The notes under the pieces: model-generated
The model's input: only the letters and a program-made list of their open reading frames with translations
Told to the model about the DNA's origin: nothing
The model's database searches: none
Position numbers and translations under genes: made by a program
Part shown: positions 40,024 through 49,747 of the stretch, piece by piece
How positions within the stretch are numbered: position 1 is the first letter of the stretch
Layout: each line of letters opens with the position of its first letter
Source: Candidatus Multivorans sp.
GTDB lineage: Bacteria; Acidobacteriota; Thermoanaerobaculia; Multivoradales; Multivoraceae
Reading direction: 5' to 3'
Length of the DNA stretch: 64,000 nt
NCBI GenBank assembly: GCA_965247095.1
Contig: OZ251997.1
Span: 1,856,001 to 1,920,000, forward strand

Positions 40024-42686
40024 CACGAGCCTTCCCGCAGCGAGTCGATCGGTGGCCTGCGCAGCGCGCCGGCGCTGGCCAGAATGCCGGTGCCGAGAGA
40101 CAGCAGCGCGCCCGCCAGCAGCGCCACCAGAACCGTCAGCGGACGGAACGACCACTCGAGTTCCAGCTCGCGGGTGACCAGCCACCATGCCGCAGCCGAG
40201 CCCAGAACCGCGGCCACCAACGACGCGGACAGCCCGATCAGGGCGTACTCGGCGGCGAAGGCCCGCAGCACGTCGAAGCGGGTGGAGCCGATCGTCTTGA
40301 GCAGGGCCACCTCTCGGCCGCGGCGCGACGAGCCCGCGGCGACCGCGCCGGCAAGCGTCAGGAGCGCAGCGCACACGGTGAAGCTGCCGAGCACCCGCAC
40401 GCCGACCTCGAGGTTGCCGATCAGCTCGACGACCTTCTGCAGCATCTCCCGGATCCGCACCACCGCGACGCCGGAGTGCGCGCGGTACACCGCGTCCTGG
40501 ATCCGCTGCTCCCGTTCGGGCGGCAGCCAGGCCGCCGCAAGCCGCGTATGGGGCGCCCAGTCGAGAGCCGCCGGTTCGACGACCAGGAAGAAGTTGATGC
40601 CGAAGCCCTCCCAGTCGACCTGCCGCAGACTGGTCACGGTGACCTCGACCTCGCGGCCAGCGACATCGAGCGCGATGACCGAACCGACTCCCACCCCGAT
40701 CGTCTCCGCGAACTCCTGCTCGACGCTGACCTCGGCAACCGCCGGATCGATCCACGGCGCCGGCCCCGTCAACGGCGCGGCCGCCTCGACGATCACGTTG
40801 TCCGCCGGCAGTTCGTCCAGAAAGGTCAGCCGCATCTGCCGGCTCAAGGCCCACCGATTGCCGTCGTCAATGCGCGCCTCAACCGGGTCGCCGTCGATCG
40901 TGCGCACCCGCGCCAGGACGACCGGAGCGGACTGCACCCTCCGGGCGCCCTCCCGCTCGAGCAGCTCCTCGAGGGGGCCCCACTCCAAGGGCGACACGTT
41001 GAGCAGGAACGCACTGGGCGCCTCGGCGGGAAGTTCCGCCAGGAGCTGATCCCGAAGATGACCCTGGACGACAAACATCACGAGCAGGACCATCAGGCCC
41101 ATCCCGAGGGCGACGGTTGCCGGCAGCGTGCCGGAGTCGGGCCGCGCCAGCGCAGCCACGCCGTGCCGCAACCAGTACCGGCGGCAGGCCGGCGCCAGGA
41201 CCCGCGCCGCGGCGCGCACCAGCAGGGCGGCGACACAGAGACCGGCAACGGCGGCCGCCAGCGCGCCCAGGAACTGGAGCGCCAACCGCGGCGAGCCCGC
41301 CTGCACGGCAACAGTCGCGGCCACACCGACGGCCACCACGAGCACCGACACCACGCCGGCCTTGCGCGAACCCGGCAGCGGTTCGGCGATCCGCCGGAAG
41401 ACCCGCACCGGCGGCACTCTCAGCACCACCAAGAGCGCCGGCGCCGAGAACGCCACGGATACGCCGACGCCGAGCACGATCCCGCGCACCAAGGCCAGCG
41501 GCTGCCAGATCGAGATCGCCTCCACCGGCAGCGCACCGCCCAGAATCGCCGGCGCCAGCGCGATCGACAGCAGACCCAATCCCCCGCCGAGCACTCCCGC
41601 CCCGCAACCCAGCACCAGTGCCTGGGCCACGTAGGCACCCAGCAGATCGCGGGGCCGAGCTCCCAGACACTTCAGCACCGCCAGCGCGTCCAGGCGTTGG
41701 AGCAGCCACGCGCGGATGCCCTGGGCGACGCCGACGCCACCGACCAGAAGAGACAGCAGCGCGACCAGCCCCAGGTAACGCTCCATCCGCTCCAGGTCGC
41801 GGCGAATGCCCGGCTGCGCGTCGACGTAGGTCTCGACGCGCACCGTAGGATCCTCGCCCAAGGCCAGCCGGAGCGTCTCCGCGACCTGGTCCAGTCCTTC
41901 TCTGGAGGACTCGACCGGCAGCCGCACCAACACCCGGTAGCCGCCGAAACCGGCAAAGGGAAAGACCCCGGCCGCTTCCTGCGCCGCCATGCCGACGATC
42001 ACCCGCGGGCCGAAGGACAAGCCGGCCGGCAGCCGGTCCGGCTCGGCCACAAGCAGGCCGGCAATCCGCAACGTCCGCCGCCCGAGCCGAATCTCGTCAC
42101 CGACCTCGAGCCCGAGCCGCGACAGGGCCTCCTGCGCCACCAGCGCCGAGTGGTCGCCGAGCACATCGGCAGGGGCCCGGTCCGGGGGCAGCGGCGGCGC
42201 CGACCCCAGCTCACCGTAGAACGGATAGCCGCCCGAGACCGCCTTCAGGTCGACCAGCAGGCTCGACGGGCCATCGTCTCCCGGCCCTCGCGGCGACGCC
42301 CGACCCACCATCGCCGCCAGTTCGCGCACCTCGGCGCGGACCGCTCCCGGCACCCGGTCGATCGCGGCGAACGTGTCCGAAGAGACCGGCGTGCGGGAGC
42401 GCACCGCGAGATCGGCTGCCAGCAGCGCCCTCGCTTCGCCCCGGATCGCCTGGTCGACGCTCGACGCCAGACCCGCGATCGAGACCACGGCGCCGACTCC
42501 GACCGACAGGCACAGCACCCAGACCCAGATCCGTCCGAGAGAACCGCGGAACTCCCACAGGGAGTAGCGGAAGACCGCGCCCGGACCCACCGTCAGCCTC
42601 GTCGGGACAGCGCCGCCAAACCCGTCGCGGGCTCCGTGTTTGGCCCCATCCCCCACCTCGCCAGGAGCTTGCGCCTCATGGCTCAC
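40023..42686 (-). CDS. YbbP-like ABC transporter permease (FtsX type)
   Basis: LKAVSGGYPFYG, LAVLKCLGA, LRQVDWE..NFF; true start may be near 42591. Confidence 0.88.
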   Translation of the reverse strand: MSHEAQAPGEVGDGAKHGARDGFGGAVPTRLTVGPGAVFRYSLWEFRGSLGRIWVWVLCLSVGVGAVVSIAGLASSVDQAIRGEARALLAADLAVRSRTPVSSDTFAAIDRVPGAVRAEVRELAAMVGRASPRGPGDDGPSSLLVDLKAVSGGYPFYGELGSAPPLPPDRAPADVLGDHSALVAQEALSRLGLEVGDEIRLGRRTLRIAGLLVAEPDRLPAGLSFGPRVIVGMAAQEAAGVFPFAGFGGYRVLVRLPVESSREGLDQVAETLRLALGEDPTVRVETYVDAQPGIRRDLERMERYLGLVALLSLLVGGVGVAQGIRAWLLQRLDALAVLKCLGARPRDLLGAYVAQALVLGCGAGVLGGGLGLLSIALAPAILGGALPVEAISIWQPLALVRGIVLGVGVSVAFSAPALLVVLRVPPVRVFRRIAEPLPGSRKAGVVSVLVVAVGVAATVAVQAGSPRLALQFLGALAAAVAGLCVAALLVRAAARVLAPACRRYWLRHGVAALARPDSGTLPATVALGMGLMVLLVMFVVQGHLRDQLLAELPAEAPSAFLLNVSPLEWGPLEELLEREGARRVQSAPVVLARVRTIDGDPVEARIDDGNRWALSRQMRLTFLDELPADNVIVEAAAPLTGPAPWIDPAVAEVSVEQEFAETIGVGVGSVIALDVAGREVEVTVTSLRQVDWEGFGINFFLVVEPAALDWAPHTRLAAAWLPPEREQRIQDAVYRAHSGVAVVRIREMLQKVVELIGNLEVGVRVLGSFTVCAALLTLAGAVAAGSSRRGREVALLKTIGSTRFDVLRAFAAEYALIGLSASLVAAVLGSAAAWWLVTRELELEWSFRPLTVLVALLAGALLSLGTGILASAGALRRPPIDSLREGS

Positions 42687-42712
42687 TCCGTTCCGCGTCT
42701 ACGGCGCAAGCT
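42619..42712 (+). repeat. Dispersed repeat, family B copy 1 (inside the ABC gene junction)
   Basis: Colinear with 44284-44377; hairpin CTTGCGCC..GGCGCAAG. Confidence 0.85.
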
Positions 42713-43536
42713 TGCATGGAACAAGTTTCCTGTGCGTCAGCGCGGCGCGGACGCCGCGACTCGACTCCTAGCCGCCCGTCCACCATGACCAACTCGCGGT
42801 CGGCGCGCGCGGCGACCGCCGGATCGTGGGTGACGAGCACCAGTGTGGCGCCGAAGCGGTCGCGCAGCGCCATCATCACGTCCAGGATCGCGGCGCCGGT
42901 GACCGAGTCGAGGTTGCCGGTCGGTTCATCGCCGAGCAGGATCGCCGGTTCCGCGGCAAACGCCCGCGCCAGGGCCACCCGTTGCTGCTCGCCGCCCGAG
43001 AGCTGCGACGGATAGTGGTGACCGCGCCGGGCAAGCCCGACTTCGGCGAGCAATGCCTCAGCCCGTTGCTTCGACTGTCGGCGACCCTGGAGATCGAGCG
43101 GAAACCGGACGTTCTCCCGAGCGGTCAGGTTGCCGAGCAACTGGAAGGACTGGAAGACGAAGCCGATCTTCTCGCGCCGCAGCAGCGCCAGCTCGTCTTC
43201 GCTCAGACCCTCGATCGGCCGGCCGTCGATCAGCACGCTGCCGGCGGTCGGGCGGTCGAGACCGGCAAGCAGCGCCAGCAGCGTCGACTTGCCAGCTCCC
43301 GAAGGACCGCGGATGGAGACGCACTCCCCCGCGGCCACCGCAAGATCGATGTCGTCCACCACGATCAGGGTGCGCTCCCCGGAGCGCAACTCGCGGCGCA
43401 GCCTGCGGGTCTCGATCCGCGGAGGAGTTCCAGGCGGCGCGACGGCGGCAGGCGAAGCGGCCTGGTCCCGGCTCAGAGGAGCCCCATCATCGCGCGCCAC
43501 TGTTCCAGGCTGCTCGGTCGGAGGTAGGCGTTCCAT
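42676..43536 (-). CDS. YbbA/LolD-like ABC ATPase
   Basis: GPSGAGKST, LSGGEQQR, DEPTGNLD; start uncertain. Confidence 0.92.
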   Translation of the reverse strand: MERLPPTEQPGTVARDDGAPLSRDQAASPAAVAPPGTPPRIETRRLRRELRSGERTLIVVDDIDLAVAAGECVSIRGPSGAGKSTLLALLAGLDRPTAGSVLIDGRPIEGLSEDELALLRREKIGFVFQSFQLLGNLTARENVRFPLDLQGRRQSKQRAEALLAEVGLARRGHHYPSQLSGGEQQRVALARAFAAEPAILLGDEPTGNLDSVTGAAILDVMMALRDRFGATLVLVTHDPAVAARADRELVMVDGRLGVESRRPRRADAQETCSMQACAVDAERSEP

Positions 43537-44204
43537 TGCAGTTCACGGCCGATCGTCGAGAACGACTCCGGACCGTAGTCGTGCCCCGGGTAGATTCCCA
43601 CCTCCGGCGGCAGCGCCTTCAACCGCTCCAGGGAGTGGAACATGGCGTCGACGTCGCTGTGCGGCAGATCGATCCGGCCGATGCCCTGCACGAAAAGGGT
43701 GTCGGCGGTCAGCATGTGGTCGCCGGCACGGAAACAGCAGCTCCCCGGCGAGTGCCCGGGGGTGTGCAGCACCTCGACCCGGAGATCGCCCAGTTCGAGA
43801 ACGTCGCCGTCGCGGAACGCCTCCACCCGGTCGGGCGGGCAACCGGCGATCTCGGCGCCCCGCTCGGCCTCGGCCTCGTGAATCAGCATCGGCAGGTCGA
43901 ACTCGGCGCGCAGCTCGCGCACGCCGGGAATGTACTGACCCATGATCTCGCCGCCGATGTGATCCTGGTGGAAGTGCGTCGCCAGCACGCCCGTCACCTC
44001 GTAGCCCTGCTCCCCGGCGATCTTGACGATGCCGAGCGGCTCCCAGGCCGGATCCACGACCCACGCCTTGCGGGTGGCGGAGTCCGCCAGAACGTAGACG
44101 AAGTTGGCCATCGGTCCGGCCTGGATCTGGACGAGACGGGGTTCGGCGGCGGCCGCCGCATCGACGGCGCCGGCGGCGGCGGCAAGCGGTGGAGAATCGG
44201 TCAT
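43473..44204 (-). CDS. MBL-fold hydrolase (glyoxalase II-like)
   Basis: THFHQDH, HTPGHSPG, ADTLF, YPGHDY. Confidence 0.9.
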   Translation of the reverse strand: MTDSPPLAAAAGAVDAAAAAEPRLVQIQAGPMANFVYVLADSATRKAWVVDPAWEPLGIVKIAGEQGYEVTGVLATHFHQDHIGGEIMGQYIPGVRELRAEFDLPMLIHEAEAERGAEIAGCPPDRVEAFRDGDVLELGDLRVEVLHTPGHSPGSCCFRAGDHMLTADTLFVQGIGRIDLPHSDVDAMFHSLERLKALPPEVGIYPGHDYGPESFSTIGRELQWNAYLRPSSLEQWRAMMGLL

Positions 44205-44283
44205 CGTCAGCGGAATCTACCCCGGCCCAGTCCGGGCCGCCGAATCCCAGGGATCCACCCTCCGAGGACTGTTGCCGCCGCCG

Positions 44284-44377
44284 AACCCGTCGCAGGCTCC
44301 GTGTTCGGCCCCAGCCCCCACCTCCCCCGAGACCTTGCGCCTCAGAACTCACTTCGTTGCGTTCTACGGCGCAAGCT
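44284..44377 (+). repeat. Dispersed repeat, family B copy 2
   Basis: Intergenic homolog of 42619-42712. Confidence 0.85.
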
Positions 44378-44391
44378 CCTAGGCTCGCGCC

Positions 44392-45159
44392 ATGACCACT
44401 CGCGATGTCCACCGCGTTTTCGACCTCTCCGGCCGCACGGCTCTCGTCACCGGCGGCAGCCGCGGACTGGGCCGTGAGATGTCGCTTGCCTTCGCCGCCG
44501 CCGGCGCCGATGTCGTCGTCACCAGCAGGAGGATCGACTCCTGCCGCGAGGTGGTGGCGGAGATCGAGGCGATGGGCCGGCAGGGACTCGCCCACGCCTG
44601 CCATGTCGGCCACTGGGATGAGGTCGACGGCCTCATCGAGGTCGCCTACGAACGGTTCGGCAAGGTCGACGTGCTGGTCAACAACGCCGGCATGTCACCG
44701 CTCTACCCCAGCCTGTCCGAGGTCAGCGGGGCGTTGTTCGACAAGGTGATCGGAGTGAACCTGAAGGGACCGTTCCGGCTGGCGGCGGTGATTGGACAGC
44801 GCATGGCCGCCGGCGACGGCGGCAGCATCATCAACGTGACGAGTACCGCCGCGATCCACCCGAGCCCGAACGCCGAGCCCTACGGCGCGGCCAAGGCCGG
44901 ACTGAACTCGCTGACCGAATCCCTGGCCCACGCCTTCGGCCCCAAGGTGCGGGTCAACGCGATCATGCCGGGACCCTTCCTGACCGACATCTCGAAGGCC
45001 TGGGACTTGGAAGCGTTCAACAAGCGGGCGAAGACCTCGATCGCCCTCGGCCGGGGCGGCGAACCGGACGAGATCGTCGGTGCCGCGCTCTACCTGGCGT
45101 CCGACGCTTCCAGCTACACGACGGGCGCCGTACTGCGAATCGACGGCGGCAGCCGGTGA
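44392..45159 (+). CDS. SDR oxidoreductase
   Basis: TGGSRGLG, NNAG, YGAAK. Confidence 0.93.
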   Translation: MTTRDVHRVFDLSGRTALVTGGSRGLGREMSLAFAAAGADVVVTSRRIDSCREVVAEIEAMGRQGLAHACHVGHWDEVDGLIEVAYERFGKVDVLVNNAGMSPLYPSLSEVSGALFDKVIGVNLKGPFRLAAVIGQRMAAGDGGSIINVTSTAAIHPSPNAEPYGAAKAGLNSLTESLAHAFGPKVRVNAIMPGPFLTDISKAWDLEAFNKRAKTSIALGRGGEPDEIVGAALYLASDASSYTTGAVLRIDGGSR

Positions 45160-47450
45160 CCCGGGCCGCGCGGTCCTGCCGCGGCGCCGCCCTTGCCCTG
45201 GCGGTGCTCGCCTGCGGCGGCGGAGCGGCGGAACGCTTCCAGACCGATCTCGCCAAGGTGCTCGACCTTGCCGAGTCAACGGCTGAATCGGCCGAACTCC
45301 GGCCTGGCGACTACGAGCACCGCCAGCAACTCCTCGAGGGTTGGTCAGCACCGGAGGAGGACGAGAGCGGCGCCTTCGCGACAGGCGACGGCGAGCGTTC
45401 CAGACTGAACTGGCAACTGTCCTGGTCCCGCCCCCTCGAACTCGTGTTCACCGGCCGGCCCCTCGCGTCGCCCGGGAGCGAGCCGACTACGGTGGACGTT
45501 TCATGGAACGGCGAACGGCTGGGCCAGCTCGAGCTGGCCTCCACCGACGGCATGGAGGAGTACCGGCTGCAAGTGCCCATGGCGGCGCAGCGCCCGGGCG
45601 CCAACGAGGTCGTGCTCGAGTACTCGTCCGATCCACCATCTGGAACCACTTCAGAGCACGTCGCGTGGAGCCGCATCCGGATCGAGGGCGCCGGCGCCGG
45701 CGCGAGACCTTCCGCGGCCGCAGACGGAACGCTCCATCTGCCCTTCCGCACCGCGCTCGACTACTACGTCCTGCTGCCCGAGGGAGGAGTCCTCGAGCTC
45801 GACGACCTCGCCCTCTACGGCCCCCAGGGTGCCTGGCGCAGCGCCGAACCGGCCCCTCGGCTGGTAGCGGCCGTCCACCGCTACCCGACCGGGTCGGCGA
45901 CGGCCACCACGACCCTCACCGAGGGCCGCGGCCAACTGAAACTCCCGGTGCATGATGGTCCCCTCCGTATCCGCATCGAAGCGCTTGGCGGCGCCCGTCT
46001 TCCCGAGGCTGAGGCGGGGTTCCGTTTCTCGGCCGTTCTAGGCAGCCCGACCCCGCCCTGGCCGCACGCCGAAGCGCCGGTCTCCCACGCTGCCGAAGCG
46101 GTTGCGGCCCGGCCCGCCGACGGCCGCGAAGGGTCTTCCAGCGCCTCCGGCACTTCCGACGCGCGCTTGCCGCACGTCCTGATCTTCCTGGTCGACACGC
46201 TCCGAGCTGATCACCTCGGTTGCTATGGCTACGAGCGTCCGACCTCACCGAACATCGACCGGTTTGCCGCCGGCGCCGTCCGCTTCGAACACGCCGTCGC
46301 GCAGTCTTCGTGGACGCGCCCGGCGACCGCGAGCATCCTTACCGGCCTCTATCCGCACAACCACGGCGCTCGTACGCGGAACCAGAAACTCCACGAGGAC
46401 GTTTCCTACCTGCCCGAGATCCTGAGTTCGCTCGGCTACCGCGCGCTCGGCATATCCACGAACGGCAACGCCGGCATCGACTTCGGATTCCGCCGCGGAT
46501 TCAGTCACTTCAAACAGATGCGGGAGCGGTCCGCCCGGCCGGGCACTCATGTCCCGGTCTGGAGAGCGGTCGACGAAAGCTTGGAGTGGCTCGAACGGAT
46601 CGGTCCCGGAGACTCCTTCTTCGTCTTCCTGCACGTAACCGATCCCCACGAGCCCTACCGCCCCCCCGAATCTCACAGGCAGCAGTTTGCCTCCGAAGCG
46701 CCGGCCGGACCCGGCGTCCTCCACCGCAACCAGCCGGCCGACGCCAGCCACTCGACGCGCGATCTGAAGGATCTCTACGACGCCGAGATCGCCTTCGTCG
46801 ACGAGCACTTCGGCCGCATGCTCGAAGAACTCGACCGGCGAGGTCTGCTCGACGACACGCTCGTCGTCTTCGTGGCGGACCACGGCGAGGAGTTCCTGGA
46901 CCACGGCCGGCACGGTCACGGAGCAACGCTGTACCAGGAGCAGATCCACGTGCCGCTCATTGTCCGGCTACCCAGCCGGCTGCGACAAGCCGCGGACCGC
47001 TCCGTGGTCGAGGCGCAGGTGCGGCAGATCGACATCGTCCCCACGATCCTCGACGCGATCGGGCGCACCGGCCTGGTCGAAACCGATGGCCGGTCTCTGC
47101 TTCCTCTCATACGCTCCGGCGACGAGCTCCGCCCGCCCACCGTCGCCATGGCCGAACTCCGCGTCGACGGGCTGGCAATGGACGCGGTGCTGCTGGACGG
47201 CGCCAACGGCCGCCGCAAGTTGATCGACTACAACAGCACGCCTTCCGGCACGGTGCGGCAACTGTTCGACGCCAACAGCGACAGTGCCGAGTTGAACGAC
47301 CTGAGACAGGAGGACTCCCTCTGGGCCGGCTATCTGGCGGCCGTCGGCAAGCTCCAGCGCCGGGGATCGGGGTCGCTCACGGCCGGGATCGAACCTGCGA
47401 TGCCGGCCGTGCAGCGCGAGGCGCTCAAGGCTCTCGGCTACATCGACTAA
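45156..47450 (+). CDS. Sulfatase-like lipoprotein with N-terminal extension
   Basis: Lipobox VLAC, VDTLRADH, SSWTRPA, ADHGEE, LKALGYID. Confidence 0.85.
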   Translation: MTRAARSCRGAALALAVLACGGGAAERFQTDLAKVLDLAESTAESAELRPGDYEHRQQLLEGWSAPEEDESGAFATGDGERSRLNWQLSWSRPLELVFTGRPLASPGSEPTTVDVSWNGERLGQLELASTDGMEEYRLQVPMAAQRPGANEVVLEYSSDPPSGTTSEHVAWSRIRIEGAGAGARPSAAADGTLHLPFRTALDYYVLLPEGGVLELDDLALYGPQGAWRSAEPAPRLVAAVHRYPTGSATATTTLTEGRGQLKLPVHDGPLRIRIEALGGARLPEAEAGFRFSAVLGSPTPPWPHAEAPVSHAAEAVAARPADGREGSSSASGTSDARLPHVLIFLVDTLRADHLGCYGYERPTSPNIDRFAAGAVRFEHAVAQSSWTRPATASILTGLYPHNHGARTRNQKLHEDVSYLPEILSSLGYRALGISTNGNAGIDFGFRRGFSHFKQMRERSARPGTHVPVWRAVDESLEWLERIGPGDSFFVFLHVTDPHEPYRPPESHRQQFASEAPAGPGVLHRNQPADASHSTRDLKDLYDAEIAFVDEHFGRMLEELDRRGLLDDTLVVFVADHGEEFLDHGRHGHGATLYQEQIHVPLIVRLPSRLRQAADRSVVEAQVRQIDIVPTILDAIGRTGLVETDGRSLLPLIRSGDELRPPTVAMAELRVDGLAMDAVLLDGANGRRKLIDYNSTPSGTVRQLFDANSDSAELNDLRQEDSLWAGYLAAVGKLQRRGSGSLTAGIEPAMPAVQREALKALGYID

Positions 47451-47497
47451 GCGCGACCGCGCTCCAGACTGGCCGTCAGGCGCGCTGACACTGCCGG

Positions 47498-48277
47498 TCA
47501 GGCCCGACGCACAGTCAACCCACCGTCCACCGGCAGCGTCACGCCGGTGATGAAGGACGAAGCGGGCAGGCACAGGTGCAGCGTGCCGTGGGCCACTTCC
47601 TCTGGGTCGCCGTAGCGGCGCAGCGCGGTGCGGCGGCGGGCGTAGATCTGTTTGTGCTCCTCGGGGATCCGCTCGGTCATCGCCGTGCGGATCGGTCCCG
47701 GACAGATGCAGTTGACGGTGATGCCCTCCTTGCCGAGTTCCACCGCCAGGCCCCGGGTGAGACCGATAACCCCGGTCTTCGCCGCCGAGTAGGCGCTGTT
47801 CAGGGGCGTCGCGCCCAGCCCTTCGGTCGAGGCGATGTTCACGATCCGCGGCGAACTCGACTTGCGGAGATGGGGCAGCGCCGCGCGGATCGTCCGCTGA
47901 TGGGCGGTGAGCAGCACGCTGACCGTCTCGTGCCAGCGCTCCTCGTACTCGTCGGCGTCGATCGGTCCGCCGCGCGAGATGCCCGCGTTGTTGACCAGGA
48001 TGTCCAGGCCGCCGTAGCGGTCCGCCACCTCGCCGACGACCCGCTGGATCGCCTCCGCGTCGCCCACGTCGAGCGTCCACGCCGTCGCCTCCCGCCCCGC
48101 GGCGCGGATCTCCGCGACCACGGCCTCAACCCCCGGGCCGTTGATGTCCGTGGCCGCGACATTGGCGCCTTCGGCCGCGAACAGCCGGGCCGTCGCACGG
48201 CCCATGCCCGAGGCGCAGCCGGTGATCAGCGCCGTCTTTCCCGCCACCGATCGGCTCAGCGTGCTCAGTTCCGTCAT
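47498..48277 (-). CDS. SDR oxidoreductase
   Basis: TGCASGMG, NNAG, YSAAK. Confidence 0.92.
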   Translation of the reverse strand: MTELSTLSRSVAGKTALITGCASGMGRATARLFAAEGANVAATDINGPGVEAVVAEIRAAGREATAWTLDVGDAEAIQRVVGEVADRYGGLDILVNNAGISRGGPIDADEYEERWHETVSVLLTAHQRTIRAALPHLRKSSSPRIVNIASTEGLGATPLNSAYSAAKTGVIGLTRGLAVELGKEGITVNCICPGPIRTAMTERIPEEHKQIYARRRTALRRYGDPEEVAHGTLHLCLPASSFITGVTLPVDGGLTVRRA

Positions 48278-49680
48278 CAGGACGCTCCGCCGCCCGTCTC
48301 CACCCAGGCCAGGGTCTCTTCCAGGCCGCGACCGAAGCGTTCCAGGATCTCGTCGACGTCCGACTCGGTGACGATCAGCGGCGGGCAGAAGGCCACTGTG
48401 TCGCCGAGCGCCCGCAGGATGACGCCGTGGTCCAGGCAACGATCCTGGCAGTACGCCCCCACTCCGCGCTGGATCGGGAAGGCCTCGCGGGTCCGCTTGT
48501 CAGCCACCAGCTCGCAGGCGCCGAGCAGGCCCACACCGCGCGTCTCCCCCACCAGCGGGTGATCGGCGAAGCGGCGGAGCCGGGCCTGGAAGTAGCGACC
48601 CACCCTGTCGGCATGAGCGTAGAGGTCCCGCTCCTCCATCAGCTCCAGCGCCCGCAGCGCTACCGCGGCACAGACGGGATGCCCCGTGTACGTATAGCCG
48701 TGGCCGAACAGGCCCCACCGCTCGCCCGCCTCGACGAAGACATCGACCATCCGGTCGGGCAACAGCACCGCACTGATCGGCATGTAGGCGGAGGACAGCG
48801 CCTTCGCGACCGAAACGGTGTCCGGCCTCATGCCCATCGCCTCGGCGCCGAACTGCGTGCCGAGCCGGCCGAAACCGCAGATCACCTCGTCGTCGATCAG
48901 CAGCACGTCGTGCTCGTCCAGAACCGCCTGGATCGCCTCGTAGTAGCCCTCAGGGGGCACGACGACGCCTCCGGCGCCCAGCACCGGCTCGGCGATGAAG
49001 GCCGCGACGGTCTCGGGCCCCTCGGCGCGAATCAACTCGTCGAGTTCGGCCGCCAGCCGGCCAGTGAACTCCGCTTCCGTCTCGCCCGGCTTGGAATCCC
49101 GGTAGTAGTGCGGGCAGGTGACGTGCCGGAACTGCGGCAGCGGCAGATCGAAGCTCTTGTGGAACGCCGGCAGGCCGGTCATGCTGCCGGCGGCCAGAGA
49201 GACACCGTGGTAGCCGCGGCGGCGGCTGACGATCTTCTTCTTCTCGGGCCGGCCAAGGGCGTTGTTGTAGTACCAGACCAGCTTGACCTGGGTGTCGTTC
49301 GCATCCGAGCCGGAGGTGCCGAAGAAGGACTTTGCGTTCGGAATCGGCGCCATCTCGCGCAGCTTCTCGGCCAAGGCAACAGCCGGCTCGTGGCTGCGGC
49401 CCGCGAAGAGATGGGAGAAGGAGAGCTTACGAATCTGCGCGGCCGCGACTTCAGCGAGTTCCTCCACGCCGTAGCCCAGCGCCGTGCACCACAGGCCCGC
49501 CATCGCTTCGATGTACTCGTTACCGTGCTCGTCCCAGACCCGGATGCCCTGGCCGCGTTCGATCACCAGCGAGCCGTCCCGCCGCAGGGCTGGAAGGTCC
49601 GTCGTCGGATGGAGGACGGACGCGATGTCGCGATCTGACGTGGAAAGGGCGAACGAAGTCGCCTCGGCGGGTAGGCTCAT
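48277..49680 (-). CDS. Aminotransferase class III (omega-amine type)
   Basis: AGLWC, FIAEPV, DEVICGFGR, AKALSSAYMP. Confidence 0.93.
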   Translation of the reverse strand: MSLPAEATSFALSTSDRDIASVLHPTTDLPALRRDGSLVIERGQGIRVWDEHGNEYIEAMAGLWCTALGYGVEELAEVAAAQIRKLSFSHLFAGRSHEPAVALAEKLREMAPIPNAKSFFGTSGSDANDTQVKLVWYYNNALGRPEKKKIVSRRRGYHGVSLAAGSMTGLPAFHKSFDLPLPQFRHVTCPHYYRDSKPGETEAEFTGRLAAELDELIRAEGPETVAAFIAEPVLGAGGVVVPPEGYYEAIQAVLDEHDVLLIDDEVICGFGRLGTQFGAEAMGMRPDTVSVAKALSSAYMPISAVLLPDRMVDVFVEAGERWGLFGHGYTYTGHPVCAAVALRALELMEERDLYAHADRVGRYFQARLRRFADHPLVGETRGVGLLGACELVADKRTREAFPIQRGVGAYCQDRCLDHGVILRALGDTVAFCPPLIVTESDVDEILERFGRGLEETLAWVETGGGAS

Positions 49681-49747
49681 CTCAACTCCCGGATTCGGTC
49701 CTGGTTCAACGTAAGGAGCAGCAGTCTATGCCGCAGGACGGCGACAC

